64,000 bases of DNA, taken from NCBI GenBank assembly GCA_050230475.1, contig JBFLGF010000208.1:1-64000 (forward strand), read 5' to 3'. Both the position numbers and the translations under genes were made by a program. This document shows positions 61,559-64,000 of this stretch, piece by piece (position 1 is the first letter of the stretch; every line of letters starts with the position of its first letter). Under the pieces are notes generated by a model. That model was not told where the DNA came from. It searched no databases and was given only the letters and a program-made list of their open reading frames with translations. Origin of the DNA: Ancylonema sp. (lineage: Eukaryota).

Positions 61559-63588
61559 TTACAATTCGTTTCCTTCACTGCCCTCAATTCTATCCTCCCC
61601 AATACTCGTCCCTTGCTTTACTCCAAACGCGTCTGCAAAATGTCGCCCGACAGCACGTTGCTCTTCTTCCGTCATGCTCCAAACCCTTTTGCGCTCCTCA
61701 GCCTGCACGTCACAAGTCGTACTCTGATCTTTCATTCCCTCACCGCTCTCTTCCATCGATTCATAAAAAAACAGCTTTTCAAATATGAATCCCTCGACCA
61801 AAATGTTTAAGGCATTCCCAGTACATGTTTGAGACATTTCACACATTTTGTATGTGTCCTGAATATCCGATACGTGTTCCGATACGTCTTTCTACCGACC
61901 AGCGACCACCACACTACCCACATTCAGAAAAGAGGGTTTTCCCAGATGGTCACCCATTCACGAATTGGCGCCAGTCGTTCCTTGAGCGCCTGAATGCGTG
62001 GCTGCATTGCCTCCTGCCCCTTCTCAGGGATGTCCTCCAGCTGTCACTCCCACAGCTGAGCCACGCATGAGGCGTGCACACAACTCCCACCTCTTTGCAG
62101 ACACGATGACTCGAAGGAGTTGGAGGAAATTTGGGGATATTGAGAAAGTTGAAAACGCTGAAAAATCTGAGGGAGTTGAGGGAGTTGAGGGGGTTGTGTG
62201 GGAGGGGTGGGAGGGGTGGGAGGGGTGGGAGCTTGCCTGGTGCACTCCCATGCTCTTGCAGGCCAGCACTACGGCTAGAATTCCTCCCCCGTACACCAAG
62301 ATGGTGGCGGCACCAAAGGCCTTGGACACTGCGGGAGGAGGCGAGGTCAGACAAGAGTACAGAAATTCGGTTTCGAAGCATGTGATGTGATGGGGTATGG
62401 GGCATGGTCTACACCTGAGTGGTAGAATGGGAATGATTGTGAGGATTGGGGAGGATGGTGGTCACTCACCCAGACCCAGTCCCTTGACCAATGAGTGGAC
62501 TTGCTTTGGGTCAGCCTTGCCTTGCCTCCTCTGGTTGGCAGAGGCAATGGTGCCCTGGTAGGGACCAGGCATGTCTACGGAGAACCTGTGCGGGAACAAA
62601 TCGATGTGAGCTGGCCAGCTACTGCTGAGGGGCTGTTGCTAAATGAAGAGAAGGAATTTGTGAAACAGAATTTGTGGAATGCCAGGTGGCCATCTGAGGG
62701 TGGTGTGGAGGCCAGGATGGTGTGTTCCTTTGGAAGATGACAAATTGATGAGGAAAATGGGGAATGGGGGGTGAGGTGATAGGAGGCAACAACTGTCTGG
62801 GCAAGTGGAATGAGAAGGTCATGGACTTTGGTCAATGATTTTCAAAAAGGTGATGGGACAAAGCTGCCCTCGGTTGTATCATCTGCCCCTGAAAGAATGG
62901 GAAATCTACGTGTGAGACCTGCGATTAGCATTGTGTAAGAATGTATGCACCAGATACTGCTGGTCATGGCTTACTCACAGCCAGTATTCTCTTAATTATT
63001 CTTCTATGGATAGTGTCTTTTATGTTTCTTTTATGTACACACCTGCTCCTGCCGAGCTGTGCCTGAGGCACGTGACCATGAGGCACGTTGGCAGATCGCA
63101 GCACAGCCTGTACTTCAGCCTTGCTTAGCTCTTCGAAGGGCCTCTTGCCCATGGATTCTCGCAAATATACAGTTTCGTGGGGAGCCGAAAGCCTGCGAGA
63201 GTGCTGCAAGATTTCTGGCAACATGTCCACTGCAGATTCATTGGAGGTATCCTGGGTGCCGGTTGCGGGGAGGCCTCCCTGCTTCTCCAGCTCCTTCCTG
63301 AGTCGAGCAGCCGCAAGTTCGCTTTCCTATCCTCCGCAAGAGATGCAATGGTGAAAGGGGAGGTGGGAGTGAGTAAAAACAGTATAAAGAAGTGAGTTTC
63401 TTGGAGGCTAACCGGACATGGCCCGCATGGGCGCAAAATTTCGCTGATTGCAGATTCGCATGAAGTTGGGGCCACTTTCTCAGAAGGTATGCATCATCCA
63501 AAAATTGGCAAGTCGGACAGGATCACATGCCCACCTCTTTAAAGTATTTCCCCTCTGAAGCGCTCAGACGTCCGCCCAGAAAGGCCAT
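61559..63588 (-). CDS. Conserved uncharacterised plant protein with one hydrophobic segment (MSFLAGRL...-type family), multi-exon
   Basis: Exons give MAFLGGRLSASEGKYFKE|, VDMLPEILQHS, VSKAFGAATILVYGGGILAVVLACKSMGVHQ|LEDIPEKGQEAMQPRIQALKERLAPIREW|AEERKRVWSM...EGNEL*. The family was recognised from memory and the middle exons are not fully resolved. Confidence 0.72.
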
Positions 63589-64000
63589 TGCAGCTTACAC
63601 GGGGGAAAATCATGCGAATCGCGGGTTTCAAATAAAAAATAGACACAAAGGAGCAGCGCACTTTTGGAGTCCCAGATATGCCTTGGCGGGTTCTCAGGCC
63701 TCAGTAAACCAAACTGTTGGACCAGCTGTGCAGAAGCAACGAATTCAGCTGGTAATAGTGAGCATTTTAAAATGAGTCCATCGGATTGTCACGTATCTGA
63801 ATGGAACTTCTAGTAACACTTGTTAGGTGCTGTGTTGAATCAAATTAGGTTCAGGGACTTCTCACGACATTATGAATTTACGTCTTTCCTTCTGGACGTG
63901 CGACAACGGTTGCTAGAAGATCAGAAGGCGCAGACAGCAGGAGGAGATAACAGGGAACGAGAGGAAGGGTGTGGTTGAACAGATTCATGGAGGGAGGAAG

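Overview
This is eukaryotic, intron-rich, gene-dense DNA from a green-plant (streptophyte) lineage. The lineage is inferred from gene content and GT-AG introns. I reconstructed these spliced genes by hand: an HD-domain phosphohydrolase, the SWIM-finger protein SSN2/SWS1, a COBL7-type COBRA-like protein, a plastid-type aldo-keto reductase, an EEP-family hydrolase, an atypical thioredoxin, a TBL2-like WD40 protein, snurportin-1, carotenoid isomerase CRTISO, a PIRL-type LRR protein and a conserved uncharacterised plant protein. The region 4-30 kb holds several identical or near-identical duplications, three of them joined at single 'n' bases (7570, 23028, 29198). These are probably assembly artefacts, although one COBL copy is clearly diverged. 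The most unusual feature is a decayed PIF/Harbinger transposon at about 54.07-58.6 kb. Besides the DDE transposase and the Myb/SANT-type ORF2, it is followed by a co-oriented third ORF that shows codon-level signs of purifying selection. This ORF ends in RRVKRCARKSTGR*, a close match to the histone H3 tail (R2, K4, ARKSTG), so it is a candidate transposon-encoded H3K9 mimic or anti-silencing factor. Family assignments rest on motifs recalled from memory; no database search was run.
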